DNA of 64,000 nt from the NCBI GenBank assembly GCA_041656295.1, contig JBBADV010000005.1, positions 98,834-162,833 on the forward strand. The letters run 5' to 3'. A model generated the notes under the pieces. That model had not been told where the DNA came from. It saw only the letters and a program-made list of their open reading frames with translations, and searched no databases. How positions within the stretch are numbered: position 1 is the first letter of the stretch; every line of letters starts with the position of its first letter. Source of the DNA: Kiritimatiellales bacterium (GTDB lineage Bacteria > Verrucomicrobiota > Kiritimatiellia > Kiritimatiellales > Tichowtungiaceae). The position numbers and the translations under genes were made by a program. This document shows, one piece after another, positions 1-9,614 of this stretch.

Positions 1-63
1 ATGTTCAGCGCCGGGAATCATGAATTTTTAAACTCATGATTTGAAAACATAATCTCGTCGGAA

Positions 64-1551
64 TTATTTTCCGGGCGTCATGCATCCGGTCGCGATTCCT
101 TCGTATTCATCGAAAAACATTTCAGCATACTTTGTGCTGTAAACCGTTAGTTCATTCTCATGGAAAGAAAAACTTATTTTTAACGTGCCCAGATAATCAT
201 CCGTTGTATAACAGCACAACACCAGCGTGTTATCATCCGCCCAGGCCGCAGAAGCATGACAATCATATCCTTTGCCTGCGGATTTCATCATCGTTCGGCC
301 GAAATAGTGTGTCTCAGGAAATTCCTGGCGTATCTGTTTACCGAATCCGAAACGCAGGCTGTGCGTGCCGGTGGCATTCTCGTAGAACCATTCGCCTGAC
401 TCTGCCTCGAATGCAAAGTGCATTTTTTTGATACCCATCGAGTTTTGCGCCATTACATATTCGCGTCCGGCGACCTGTACCGCCGCAGATGACGTCGTGT
501 TTCCGGCGACAGGTGTCAATGAAAGTCCGGCAGTATATGCTGTCAGAGCGCGTGTCGCCTCGGGATTTTCCGGCAGCGGTTCATCTGACAGCGCCGGCAG
601 CAGCATATCCCATACTGCGTTCATGATCAGTGTATCTCCCGGCAAAATGGATTGCGTATCTGCCAGTGTGACTACGATGAGATCAGCTTCCGGCACACAC
701 AGCACCAGCTGGCTTCCCATGCCGCGGCAGGCAAATCCGTGCGGCGTGCGCCAGAATTGATAGCCATATCCCAGACTGTGTTCAGGCCAAACACCGCCAA
801 CGCGGTTATCCACTCGTACGCTCACGGCCCGGCGCATAAAATCGCCAGGAATCAGCTGTTTGCCGTTAAACATACCGGACTGCATGCATACCTGCCCGAA
901 TCGAAGCAGATCGCGGGCGGAACACAGTATGCCGGATCCCATCCAGTCATGTCCGCATGGCGTTTGAATGCATTGGATGTCTTCACGCATGCCTGCCGGA
1001 ATAAACAGCCGTTCGCGCAGGAATTCAGTTGTCTCCATGCCGGTCAGACGCTGAACCAGCATCCCCAGCATGACTGAGGCGAGCGTGTCATAACGAAAAA
1101 ATGTGCCCGGCGGATGGTCTGCTTCCATCGTAAAAAATGCCTTTGTCCAGTCGGCATAATGCATGTAGCTGCCCCGGGCAAAAGGCGTGCGCATCTCCAG
1201 CAGATTTTCAACTGTTGTGCGGGCAATGCAGGGATGAACATCGCAGTTTTTATATTCAGGGAAATAATCAATTACGCAGTCAGACAGCGCCAGTTTTCTA
1301 TCGCCCGCCAGTATGCCGATGGCCACGCTGGCAAAACTCTTTGATATCGAGTACGCGCGATGAAGAGAGTCTTTATTAAAGGGCTCCCAGTACGCCTCAG
1401 CCGCCGGTTTCCCGTAACGCATGATCGCCAGCGCATGCATCGGCAGTCCCTGACGCTCCAACTGTTCTAATAGCTGCAGGATTTTTTCTGAAGGGATACC
1501 GACATCCTCAGGTGTTGTTTCTGTCGATTTAGAGTCCATTACGGTTACCAT
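64..1551 (-). CDS. Serine hydrolase of the beta-lactamase / PBP-like family
   Basis: 495-aa ORF with an S-x-x-K nucleophile motif (YSISKSF) about 65 aa from the N-terminus. Size and layout are typical of class-C-like beta-lactamase family esterases. Confidence 0.75.
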   Translation of the reverse strand: MVTVMDSKSTETTPEDVGIPSEKILQLLEQLERQGLPMHALAIMRYGKPAAEAYWEPFNKDSLHRAYSISKSFASVAIGILAGDRKLALSDCVIDYFPEYKNCDVHPCIARTTVENLLEMRTPFARGSYMHYADWTKAFFTMEADHPPGTFFRYDTLASVMLGMLVQRLTGMETTEFLRERLFIPAGMREDIQCIQTPCGHDWMGSGILCSARDLLRFGQVCMQSGMFNGKQLIPGDFMRRAVSVRVDNRVGGVWPEHSLGYGYQFWRTPHGFACRGMGSQLVLCVPEADLIVVTLADTQSILPGDTLIMNAVWDMLLPALSDEPLPENPEATRALTAYTAGLSLTPVAGNTTSSAAVQVAGREYVMAQNSMGIKKMHFAFEAESGEWFYENATGTHSLRFGFGKQIRQEFPETHYFGRTMMKSAGKGYDCHASAAWADDNTLVLCCYTTDDYLGTLKISFSFHENELTVYSTKYAEMFFDEYEGIATGCMTPGK

Positions 1552-1562
1552 TTATTAATACG

Positions 1563-3296
1563 TCAAATCCGATCCGGGGTTTCAATGCCGAGCAGGGCGA
1601 GTCCGTTTTTAAGAACGGCGGCAGTGAGAGAGCAGAGGCGGATGCGGCTCTCGCGGATACCCTCTTCAGCTTTAAGGAACGGCACGTTTTGATAAAACGA
1701 ACTGTAGAGCTGTGAAAGTTCATAGAGATAATCGGCGAGTACGCTCGGCCGGTTAAGTTTGGCGGCGGTGACAACGGCGGCGGCAAAACGGCAGAGTTTT
1801 AAAGCGAGCCGGCGTTCGGACGCTGCGGTGATGAGAATCGGAAAATCATCAGGATTTCTCCCGGGGAACCGGGCGGCATATTTATCGCGCACGCTGGCAA
1901 TGCGCGCATACGCATATTGCAGATACGGCGCCGAATTGCCGTCCATCGCAAGCGCTTTTTCCCAGGTGAAGGTGACAAGGCTCTGCGGGTTCTGACTGAG
2001 ATCGGTATATTTGACGGCGCCGGTTCCCACCGCACGCGCCACGTCGCGCTGCTGCGCTTCGTCCATCTCCGGGCTGGAGCGTTTAACCACATCCAGCGCG
2101 CGCGCTTCAGCTTCGTTGAGCAGGTCTTCGAGTTTAATGACGTTGCCTTCGCGCGTTGAAAAGGTGGCTTCCGGCAGACGCATGAGTCCGAACCAGACGT
2201 GCGTAAGTCTGGTTTCAACGCCGAGTTTTTTACAGAGCGCAAAGAACTGTTTAAAGTGCAGCTGCTGGCGTTCATCCGTGACGTAAATGATCTCTGCCGG
2301 CTGAAATTCGGCAGTGCGCGAAAGTACAGTGGCAATGTCGGTGGTGGTGTAATTATAACCGCCGTCGCTCTTGCGCACGATAGCAACATTCAGACCCTCA
2401 TCCTCAAGATCGCAAATCAGTGCGCCGTCGCTTTCTTTGATCAGATTTTTTGCATTGAGCTTTTCAATGACGCCGGCGAGCTGATCGTTATAAAAACTTT
2501 CCCCGCGATAAAGATCAAATTTGATGTCGAGCCGTTTATAGATTTTATCAAATTCGCCAAGCGTAAGTTCGACAAATTTTTCCCACAGTGCGCGATTTTC
2601 AGGATCGCCCTGCTGCAATTTGACGAGTTCCGCTTTCGCACGCTCGCGCCACGTTTCGTCCTCTTTTGAACGGTTGTAGCTCTGCACATAGATGCGTTCG
2701 AGTTCTTCCACCGGCGCAGTTTTCAGTGCGTCCTGATTGGCGAATTCACGGTAGCCAAGAATGATAAGTCCGAATTGCGTTCCCCAGTCGCCGAGGTGGT
2801 TATCAGCAATCACGTTGTAACCGATCGCGCGGTACAGGCGGTCGAGCGCGTTACCGATAACAGTGGAACGGATGTGCCCGATGTGCATCGGTTTTGCGAC
2901 GTTCGGGCTGGAATAGTCGATGATAACCGTTCTGCCTTCACCAAGATCCGGCAGTCCCGGCGCATCGCCGGTTTGCAGGCGCTGAAGTTCTGCGGCGATA
3001 GAATCCGTTTTCAGATAAATATTAATAAAGCCCGGACCGGCGATTTCAATTTTTTCAACCTCTTCCGGCAGAACGGCAGTGTCGACAAACTTTTGAGCAA
3101 TCGCGCGCGGACTGGCTTTCAGTTCTTTCGCCAGCTTCATCGCGGCTTCGCATTGACAGTCGCCAAACTGTTCATTACGGCCCGGGATGACGCCGATGGC
3201 ATCGGCAAGCGGTACAGCATCCGGAAAACATGCGATGAATGTTTCAGCGCACCACGCAGAAAGTCGCGTTTCGATTGAATAATTTTTACTGTTCAT
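1563..3296 (-). CDS. argS: Arginine--tRNA ligase
   Basis: ORF 1563..3467 trimmed to Met58 (ATG on minus strand at 3296-3294, MNSKNYSIE...). Class I HIGH motif (PMHIGHIRS) and a full-length ArgS-like layout of 578 aa. Confidence 0.95.
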   Translation of the reverse strand: MNSKNYSIETRLSAWCAETFIACFPDAVPLADAIGVIPGRNEQFGDCQCEAAMKLAKELKASPRAIAQKFVDTAVLPEEVEKIEIAGPGFINIYLKTDSIAAELQRLQTGDAPGLPDLGEGRTVIIDYSSPNVAKPMHIGHIRSTVIGNALDRLYRAIGYNVIADNHLGDWGTQFGLIILGYREFANQDALKTAPVEELERIYVQSYNRSKEDETWRERAKAELVKLQQGDPENRALWEKFVELTLGEFDKIYKRLDIKFDLYRGESFYNDQLAGVIEKLNAKNLIKESDGALICDLEDEGLNVAIVRKSDGGYNYTTTDIATVLSRTAEFQPAEIIYVTDERQQLHFKQFFALCKKLGVETRLTHVWFGLMRLPEATFSTREGNVIKLEDLLNEAEARALDVVKRSSPEMDEAQQRDVARAVGTGAVKYTDLSQNPQSLVTFTWEKALAMDGNSAPYLQYAYARIASVRDKYAARFPGRNPDDFPILITAASERRLALKLCRFAAAVVTAAKLNRPSVLADYLYELSQLYSSFYQNVPFLKAEEGIRESRIRLCSLTAAVLKNGLALLGIETPDRI

Positions 3297-3442
3297 AGCC
3301 CAGACTTTCATGAGGTTTGGAGCCGGAAATGAAAGCACAGTTTGGAATCCTGTTAAAGTGCCTTTTGCACCGGAATAAAACTTGCGTTCAAGTCGAAGTG
3401 TATTAAAGTTGAACTGATTGCAACAACGAAGGAGGCAATCCC

Positions 3443-3733
3443 ATGGCAGTTCAAAAGAAAATAACAAAAAAATCCGCGTCTAAAACAGTAGCGAAATCAA
3501 AAGCCGACGCTAAAAAAGTGCCGGCGAAAAAAACAGTTACTAAAAAAAATATTGCAAAAAAAGCCCCGGCGAAAAAGACTGCCGCTAAAAGAACAGTATC
3601 GCAGGATCAGTTCTATACAATGATCTGCGAGGCGGCCTATTTTGCAGCCCAGAATGACGGCAATAAAAAAGGAGCCGTTGAGTATTGGCTTGAGGCTGAA
3701 TGCATTATTGGCAAGCGCTTTGATGTGCAATAA
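3443..3733 (+). CDS. Small basic protein: Lys/Ala-rich histone-H1-like N-terminus fused to a DUF2934-like C-terminus
   Basis: GGAGG Shine-Dalgarno 8 nt upstream of the ATG. The N-terminal 50 aa are KK/AKK repeats. The C-terminus (AAYFAAQNDG..EYWLEAE) resembles the DUF2934 signature. A strong terminator follows. Confidence 0.6.
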   Translation: MAVQKKITKKSASKTVAKSKADAKKVPAKKTVTKKNIAKKAPAKKTAAKRTVSQDQFYTMICEAAYFAAQNDGNKKGAVEYWLEAECIIGKRFDVQ

Positions 3734-3754
3734 CAGAACCGGAAAAATACGTCA

Positions 3755-3786
3755 CGCGCAGGATTGAACTCCTGCGCGTTTTTTTG
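3755..3786 (+). terminator. Rho-independent terminator
   Basis: Perfect 9-bp stem CGCGCAGGA/TCCTGCGCG with a 6-nt loop, followed by T8. Confidence 0.75.
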
Positions 3787-3813
3787 TTAGAAAGAATCGC
3801 ATCCAAACAGTCC

Positions 3814-3890
3814 GGGCGTTTAGCTCAGTTGGTTAGAGCGCCTGCTTCACACGCAGGAGGTCACAGATTCGAGTTCTGTAACGCCCACCA
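3814..3890 (+). tRNA. tRNA-Val (anticodon CAC), CCA encoded
   Basis: Cloverleaf read by hand: acceptor GGGCGTT/AACGCCC, anticodon stem CCTGC/GCAGG with loop TTCACAC, T-loop TTCGAGT, 3' ACCA. Confidence 0.9.
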
Positions 3891-4112
3891 TCCAGGACTC
3901 GCCGGAGTGCAACGATTAAAACCACTTTGATCTCCGGTACACGTCGGTAGCTCTGGCTGTCTTGGGAAAGATATGAATCATACACGACTGCTCCCCTGCT
4001 CTTTTTCGGCTGCATCCTAAACCAAGCGCGCCTGTTTGCCGCACCCGAAACAAAGAGATTGCCCCTGTTGTACGGGATCCGGCTGTTGTTTGCACAACAA
4101 CCGGTAAACGAC

Positions 4113-4817
4113 CTATTTTTTGCGGCGATAGAAGCGCAGCATCACGGCGCCGGCGGTCAGGAGAACAAAAGTATGAGGCTCCGGTATAACGGAGAGGTAG
4201 GGTCGCAGGAGGACGCCGCCTTCAGTTACGGTAGTCGATGCGCCATAGATGGAGAGGATCCGGTTTTCTCCTTCAACTTGTGAGAATTCAGGGATACTTA
4301 AAACAGTATAGGCGTAACCTTTAGCGAGGTCGGATTGGATTTGAGCGGTGAGATCCACAGCGTTCCAGCCCAAGGTGAAGGAGTGTGTGCCGATCACGTC
4401 CACATCACCCGACAACTGTTGTCCAGCATCACCGGCGGCCGGCATCACCTGAGTTTCGAGGTGACGCAGGTAGGATTCGGCGGGTGTGTTATACGCAGCC
4501 ACATGGAAGTTAAATATGGCTGAGTCCACCGCCTGGCCCGCGAGAGAGGAGAGATCGATCTGGAAGTAGATGGATTTGCTTTCCCATATCCGGTCAGAGC
4601 CTCCATAATACTCATAATAACGCTGCGCGTGGATGAGCCCGGTGCCCGCATCGCCATAGGAAAACCCGTCGTCAGTATAACTCCCGCCCAACCAGACTTG
4701 CCGCATATACCAGTAGTTACCGGCTTCAGTCTCTGTAAGGGAAATTATCTGAGCTGCCGGCGCACCGAGTGCAGCGATGGATAAAACTGCCAAAACAAAG
4801 CGAAGCGTGGATCTCAT
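4113..4817 (-). CDS. PEP-CTERM-anchored secreted protein
   Basis: N-terminal signal peptide (LAVLSIAALGAPAA). The C-terminus has VIPEP, a hydrophobic helix and RRKK, which is the PEP-CTERM sorting signal. An AGGAAGG RBS is present. Confidence 0.8.
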   Translation of the reverse strand: MRSTLRFVLAVLSIAALGAPAAQIISLTETEAGNYWYMRQVWLGGSYTDDGFSYGDAGTGLIHAQRYYEYYGGSDRIWESKSIYFQIDLSSLAGQAVDSAIFNFHVAAYNTPAESYLRHLETQVMPAAGDAGQQLSGDVDVIGTHSFTLGWNAVDLTAQIQSDLAKGYAYTVLSIPEFSQVEGENRILSIYGASTTVTEGGVLLRPYLSVIPEPHTFVLLTAGAVMLRFYRRKK

Positions 4818-5168
4818 CTCTCTTTTCCTTCCTTGTCGTTACAAAGTATATTGTGCATTGTGTTCGTGGTCTGCACAATTTGCATACCAGCGGAGATAAC
4901 TAGCTGAAAATAAGTGAGAGGTCAAGAGAAAGCCGGGGTGAAGCGCCGGACGCCTTGCGGTCGAAAAGAACATATACCTGAGAATACGGAGTCGTGTAGC
5001 GGAATAGTATGGTCATGTTTTCGCAACCGCGCTGATTGTCACCGCTCAGGCTTTACTCCACCGCGCTTGCGTGGCACAGGGTACGGTGATGATTGGCTGC
5101 GGGCGGCAGTCTGTTTTCAGGGCGCATACTCAACTATATTCCTATCTAAGCTGCATTGTAAAAAATTA

Positions 5169-5197
5169 TTGACACTGCCGCTAATTTCGGTTAAATA
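5169..5197 (+). promoter_or_regulatory. Candidate sigma70-type promoter
   Basis: TTGACA, a 17-nt spacer, then TAAATA, about 175 nt upstream of the 5374 start codon. This is a pattern match only. Confidence 0.3.
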
Positions 5198-5373
5198 TTT
5201 TTTAGCTAAACATCGTCCGGACGTAGCAGTAAAATGCTGCGGGATTTTTCGCCGGATGAATGAGCCGTCCTGATTGTCATGAATGTGAAGCTCAGGCTGA
5301 TTCCAGCAGGAGGTGGAATAATTACCCCGGGCTTATGGGGTCTATGAAAGCTGTATAAAAAAGAAGGGGATAT

Positions 5374-6744
5374 ATGAAAAAGGTGTTGCGGTGGTTTCTT
5401 CCGTGTTTAATGTTCAGTTTTACGGCGACAGGCCAGTTGCGTCCCAGACTTCTGCTGCTTCCGGGCGAGGCCAGTTCGACTCAGCGGGAACTGCTTTGGT
5501 CGACGGATCCGGGCATCCGCTATGAACTGCAATTTTCCACCAATCTGGCTGATTGGTCGGTAGTGGACGGTTTCCCTGCCGTCGCCGGTTCGCTGGCACA
5601 GCAGCATATGCTTGAACTGCAGAATTCGAGAAAAGGGTTCTTTCGCGTTCTGGTTTTGGATGAACAGCCGCCGGAAATTGTATCCCGGATTCCCGCCGAC
5701 GGCTCGTTTGGCGTACGACGGTTTTCCTCTATTAAGGTGACCCTGCAGGACGCAACTGCCATTGACGCCGGCTCCATCAATTTGACACTGGGGACACATG
5801 GAACATTTTCTGTTAATTCCTCTCAAATGTACTGGAGCACCAACTCTCTCGTAGTCGATCTGGGCGGCAATACAGCGCTGGGCGGATATGGCGAAACGGT
5901 AGATGTGGCACTGGCGGTCAGCGATACGCTGGGTAATTCCACCAACTACATGTGGCAGTTTGAACTGGAACAGGAGAGCGAGGAGGCGGAGAATATCTTT
6001 GTTTTCGGCTCCCCCGATGCACAACGATCAGGTCAGCGGCTTTCCGGGATGGCCTCGGTACTTGCCGCACGGTTCGGCGGCCCGGTTCGTATGTCGAATT
6101 CCGGTCAGGAATGGGAAATCTCGACGGTTACCACTAACACCATCGTATTAGCCTATACAGGTGACAGCGCGCCGGCTTTTGCTGCCGGACAGTTGCTGGC
6201 CAACCTTGCGCCCAAACATGTCAGTGAGATTTTCTATCGCCGGATCACCGCTTTAAGCAATGACCCGGGTGAAAAAAACCTGACCCTTCACACCGCCGAT
6301 GTCGGTTTACCGGATTTGATTGTTTCCGGCTCTTTTTCTATTTCTGATGATGCCGTGCTGCTTGATATGGACACAGAGGGGAATCTGGTGAGGGCTTTGG
6401 CGCTGGATGCTACGTTGCAGCTCCCGACAGCCGGCGCTGATTTTAGCAATACAACGCTATATTCTGATGGTCCGATAAAGCTTACTCTATCAGAAGGAAA
6501 ATTTTTGTTCACCCCGAAGCTGAAAATTGCACTGCATACTGAAGGCAAGACCGTACAGCGTTTTGAGGCTCAGCTGTCGGGAGATATCGAGTGTTCTTGT
6601 GTGCCGTCCCAAAAACAACCAGTACCTATAAAAACAGCTTTGAGCGTGAATTGTGGCAGCATAGTCAGTGGGTTTGGACAGCGGTGGGTGTTGTGCCGGT
6701 TGGCGTCGAAATCAAATCCACTATTACTGCAAAAGCAGACCTGA
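5374..6744 (+). CDS. N-terminal part of a large secreted protein (Ig-like/SbsA-like domains); the frame breaks near 6611-6615
   Basis: Signal peptide, an FFRV-ending beta-sandwich module and a Big-like domain. The last ~45 codons look non-protein-like and overlap the next ORF by 154 nt. Confidence 0.6.
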   Translation: MKKVLRWFLPCLMFSFTATGQLRPRLLLLPGEASSTQRELLWSTDPGIRYELQFSTNLADWSVVDGFPAVAGSLAQQHMLELQNSRKGFFRVLVLDEQPPEIVSRIPADGSFGVRRFSSIKVTLQDATAIDAGSINLTLGTHGTFSVNSSQMYWSTNSLVVDLGGNTALGGYGETVDVALAVSDTLGNSTNYMWQFELEQESEEAENIFVFGSPDAQRSGQRLSGMASVLAARFGGPVRMSNSGQEWEISTVTTNTIVLAYTGDSAPAFAAGQLLANLAPKHVSEIFYRRITALSNDPGEKNLTLHTADVGLPDLIVSGSFSISDDAVLLDMDTEGNLVRALALDATLQLPTAGADFSNTTLYSDGPIKLTLSEGKFLFTPKLKIALHTEGKTVQRFEAQLSGDIECSCVPSQKQPVPIKTALSVNCGSIVSGFGQRWVLCRLASKSNPLLLQKQT

Positions 6745-8315
6745 ACTTAAAAGCGGCGGCTGAGTGGAGAGTAGGGTTTCGGCAAAAAGCCGATTTGGGC
6801 ATCGCCGGACGTTATGGGCGAACTGCCGAACCGGCCGCTGTCTGGGAAAGGTGGTTTAAATTGGAACCGTTCGATGCAGTACCGCCAACTTTTACGGTTG
6901 ACGGGGAGTTCTCATCCACCGTTTCGCTGGTACCGCAGATTCAGGCAATGGTATACGGAGCTGCAGGAATTTATTTCAATACCGACCCTCGCCTCACACT
7001 CTCCGGCTCAGCAACAGCAGTGAATTATGAATTAACCGAAGCGGAGTGGCTGCTGGGAGCTTACGCCGATATCAATGCCGGACTTACAGTGATTGGTCTT
7101 GAAGATGACACGCTGCCGAGTCTCTCTCCCTTCCGGCTCTTTACACAGGAGTGGGGTGGAAAGTATTCGCTTTCAGACATACCCCTTTCAATTATCCGGG
7201 ACCCTGTGTCGCAAAATGCCAAACTTGGAGACATGGTTGTTTTTTCAGTTGATACCGTAGGCGGAGTGAATCCCTCCTACCAGTGGTGCTTTAACGGGAT
7301 ACCGATTCCCGGACAAACGGCAAAACAGCTAATCCTGAATAAAGTGTGCGACCAGCATGATGGTGAGTATCATGTCCGCATCACCTCAGCCGGACACTCC
7401 ACCAATTCGGCATCAGCGGCACTTGGAATTATTGCCGATGGCAGCACCGGTCCGGCACCGGCCGGTATGGTGCGTATTCCTGCCGGAACTTTCAAAATGG
7501 GAGATTTCTTCAATGAGGGCGAGCTTAACGAACTGCCGGTGCATGATGTGACCATCAGCCGCGCTTATTTTTGTGATAAGTATGAAGTGACAAAAGGGTT
7601 GTGGGATTCGATACGCGCCTGGGGAGCAACCTGGGGCGATTATACAGATCTTCCGGACGGCAGCGGGAATGGAAACAACCATCCGGTTACTCTCATCAGT
7701 TGGTATGATGCGGTGAAGTGGTGCAATGCCCGCAGCGAGAAAGAGGGGCTGAACCCCTGTTATACTGCTTATGGGACGTCCACGGTCTTCCGTACCGGTT
7801 CAGCGACTGTGACTTGTAATTTCGACAGGAATGGATATCGCCTGCCCACCGAGGCGGAGTGGGAGCGGGCGGCCAGAGGGGGATTGAATGGCCGGCGCTT
7901 TCCCAACGGGAATACCATCAGTCACAGTCAGGCGTGTTATTATGTCGTGACAAACCACTGGAATGGTGCCAATTCATACCCGTACGATGTGAGCCCTTCG
8001 GGGGGAAATCACCCTTCCGCTGTCGGTTCAGAACCGCCAACCCTGCCGGTTGGACTTCTTGCGCCGAACCGCTACGGACTTTACGACATGGCCGGCAATG
8101 TTCGCGAAATGTGCACGGATAAGTGCAGTAGGAACAGCAGGTATCCGTACACGGTGGTCCCTGTGGTTGATCCGCGTAGCAGCGGCACAGAACCTGCAGT
8201 CCGCGGAGGCTACTACTTTGCGTATGACTGTCGTGTTTCCTGCCGCGAATGGACGCCCTATGCGAGATATGGTTATTCAAATATTGGCTTCCGGTGTATT
8301 CGTCGCGCAGAGTGA
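6591..8315 (+). CDS. C-terminal part of the same protein: Ig-like domain plus formylglycine-generating-enzyme (FGE/SUMF1) sulfatase-modifying domain
   Basis: The Ig-like segment carries the motif YQWCFNG...GEYHVRI. FGE-domain motifs are present: MVRIPAGTFKMG, NHPVTLISWYDAVKWCN, GYRLPTEAEWERAARGG, YGLYDMAGNVREM. The track start at 6591 is GTG and is probably not a true start. Confidence 0.7.
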   Translation: MFLCAVPKTTSTYKNSFERELWQHSQWVWTAVGVVPVGVEIKSTITAKADLNLKAAAEWRVGFRQKADLGIAGRYGRTAEPAAVWERWFKLEPFDAVPPTFTVDGEFSSTVSLVPQIQAMVYGAAGIYFNTDPRLTLSGSATAVNYELTEAEWLLGAYADINAGLTVIGLEDDTLPSLSPFRLFTQEWGGKYSLSDIPLSIIRDPVSQNAKLGDMVVFSVDTVGGVNPSYQWCFNGIPIPGQTAKQLILNKVCDQHDGEYHVRITSAGHSTNSASAALGIIADGSTGPAPAGMVRIPAGTFKMGDFFNEGELNELPVHDVTISRAYFCDKYEVTKGLWDSIRAWGATWGDYTDLPDGSGNGNNHPVTLISWYDAVKWCNARSEKEGLNPCYTAYGTSTVFRTGSATVTCNFDRNGYRLPTEAEWERAARGGLNGRRFPNGNTISHSQACYYVVTNHWNGANSYPYDVSPSGGNHPSAVGSEPPTLPVGLLAPNRYGLYDMAGNVREMCTDKCSRNSRYPYTVVPVVDPRSSGTEPAVRGGYYFAYDCRVSCREWTPYARYGYSNIGFRCIRRAE

Positions 8316-8418
8316 CCCGGACCCACCGGTATTCCGAAGAGAAAAAAGAGGAGAGATCTCCGGATTTTTTCAGCAACTAAGTTTGGCGAACTGGCTGAAA
8401 AACAGATTTAGTTGCGCC

Positions 8419-9327
8419 ATGAATCTGAATTTTTTACAAAAGTTTTTAATTTTCGCACTGGTCTCCGGGTGCCGGTTCACAGCGCATGCGATTCTTGCCG
8501 GCGGAGAGTTCAATCTGCCCGCCGACAGCCCTTCCAGCCGGCTGGACGCTAACGGGCTGTACAGCTTCACCGGCGCATTGGAGATTTTTGCGGACGGGTA
8601 CAGTTATCACGGTTCCGGTACAGCTTTGTCTCCGAACTGGGTGCTGACCGCCGCGCACAATGCGGATTTTAACGATGATGGACAGGTGGATGACGGACTG
8701 GCGGTGAATTTTTATCTGCCGGGTTTCGGCAGTTATGCGGTCAGCAGTTTTTTTATTCATCCGGATTTCACCGGTTTTTCCAATCCCTCCATCCAGCACG
8801 ATCTTTGTCTGCTTTATTTCGCCGATCCGCTGCCGGAACTGCTTTTTCCAATCCTCGGCAACTCACTGACACTGAATACGACCGCGACACTGGTTGGGTA
8901 CGGACGTTCGGGCTACGGCAGCTACGGTTACACTACCGGCGCCTTGCTGACCGACCGGCGTTTCGGATTCAATGTGATTGATTCTTTTGAAATATCCGGC
9001 TCCGGCATCCTGTTCCGTTATGATTTTGATGATCCGGATACAGGTGATGGACTGGGTAATGATCTGGAAACCATCATCGGTCCCGGAGATTCAGGCGGCT
9101 CACTGCTGGCCGGAAATGCGCTGGTCGGGGTGAATACCTTCACGGAAGGCTACGGCGGCCGGTTTGGTGACATCGGCGGCGGTGTGGCACTTAACAACGA
9201 ATGGGGTTGGATTGCATCAACCACCGGCCTCGCTGTTCCTGAACCGGCGAGTGTATTTCTGCTGATTTCCGGTATTGCCGGACTGTTTTTATGGCGGCGC
9301 GCAAAAGGCATAACCCGGGTAGGTTAA
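8419..9327 (+). CDS. Trypsin-like (S1) serine protease with a PEP-CTERM anchor
   Basis: ORF trimmed to MNLNFLQKF (signal peptide). Catalytic motifs are LTAAHNA (His) and GDSGGSL (Ser). The C-terminus has VPEP, a TM helix and WRRAKG. Confidence 0.85.
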   Translation: MNLNFLQKFLIFALVSGCRFTAHAILAGGEFNLPADSPSSRLDANGLYSFTGALEIFADGYSYHGSGTALSPNWVLTAAHNADFNDDGQVDDGLAVNFYLPGFGSYAVSSFFIHPDFTGFSNPSIQHDLCLLYFADPLPELLFPILGNSLTLNTTATLVGYGRSGYGSYGYTTGALLTDRRFGFNVIDSFEISGSGILFRYDFDDPDTGDGLGNDLETIIGPGDSGGSLLAGNALVGVNTFTEGYGGRFGDIGGGVALNNEWGWIASTTGLAVPEPASVFLLISGIAGLFLWRRAKGITRVG

Positions 9328-9582
9328 CAAGGAACATTCCGGCGCCCACCGAACGAGATCCCGTATGAAGAGGAAGGACTCCGGCGGGCGCGCGGCCGGA
9401 TCGCAATGCCGTTACAAAAAGAGCCGGCAACAGCAGCATCGAACAGCCTTTCAGAGGCGTATTGCCGGCGCGTGATGTTTTGTTTATTTCGTTGAAAAAA
9501 TAGGTCGACGATGGATCACCGGCGATCCCGTTTTCCGTTGAACCGCAAAAAATGATGCTGGAATATCTGTTATGTAGCTGTG

Positions 9583-9614
9583 ATACCGGCAGATGAAACT
9601 GCCGGTATGTTTTA
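9583..9614 (+). terminator. Hairpin, possible terminator
   Basis: 10-bp perfect stem ATACCGGCAG/CTGCCGGTAT with a 6-nt loop. The T-tract (GTTTTA) is weak. Confidence 0.35.

Noticed and set aside
3297-3467. A 57-codon N-terminal extension of ArgS overlapping the start of the 3443 gene.
   Set aside because: The ArgS-like sequence begins at MNSKNYSIE (ATG at 3296). The upstream codons are not ArgS-like and would overlap the divergent gene and its RBS.
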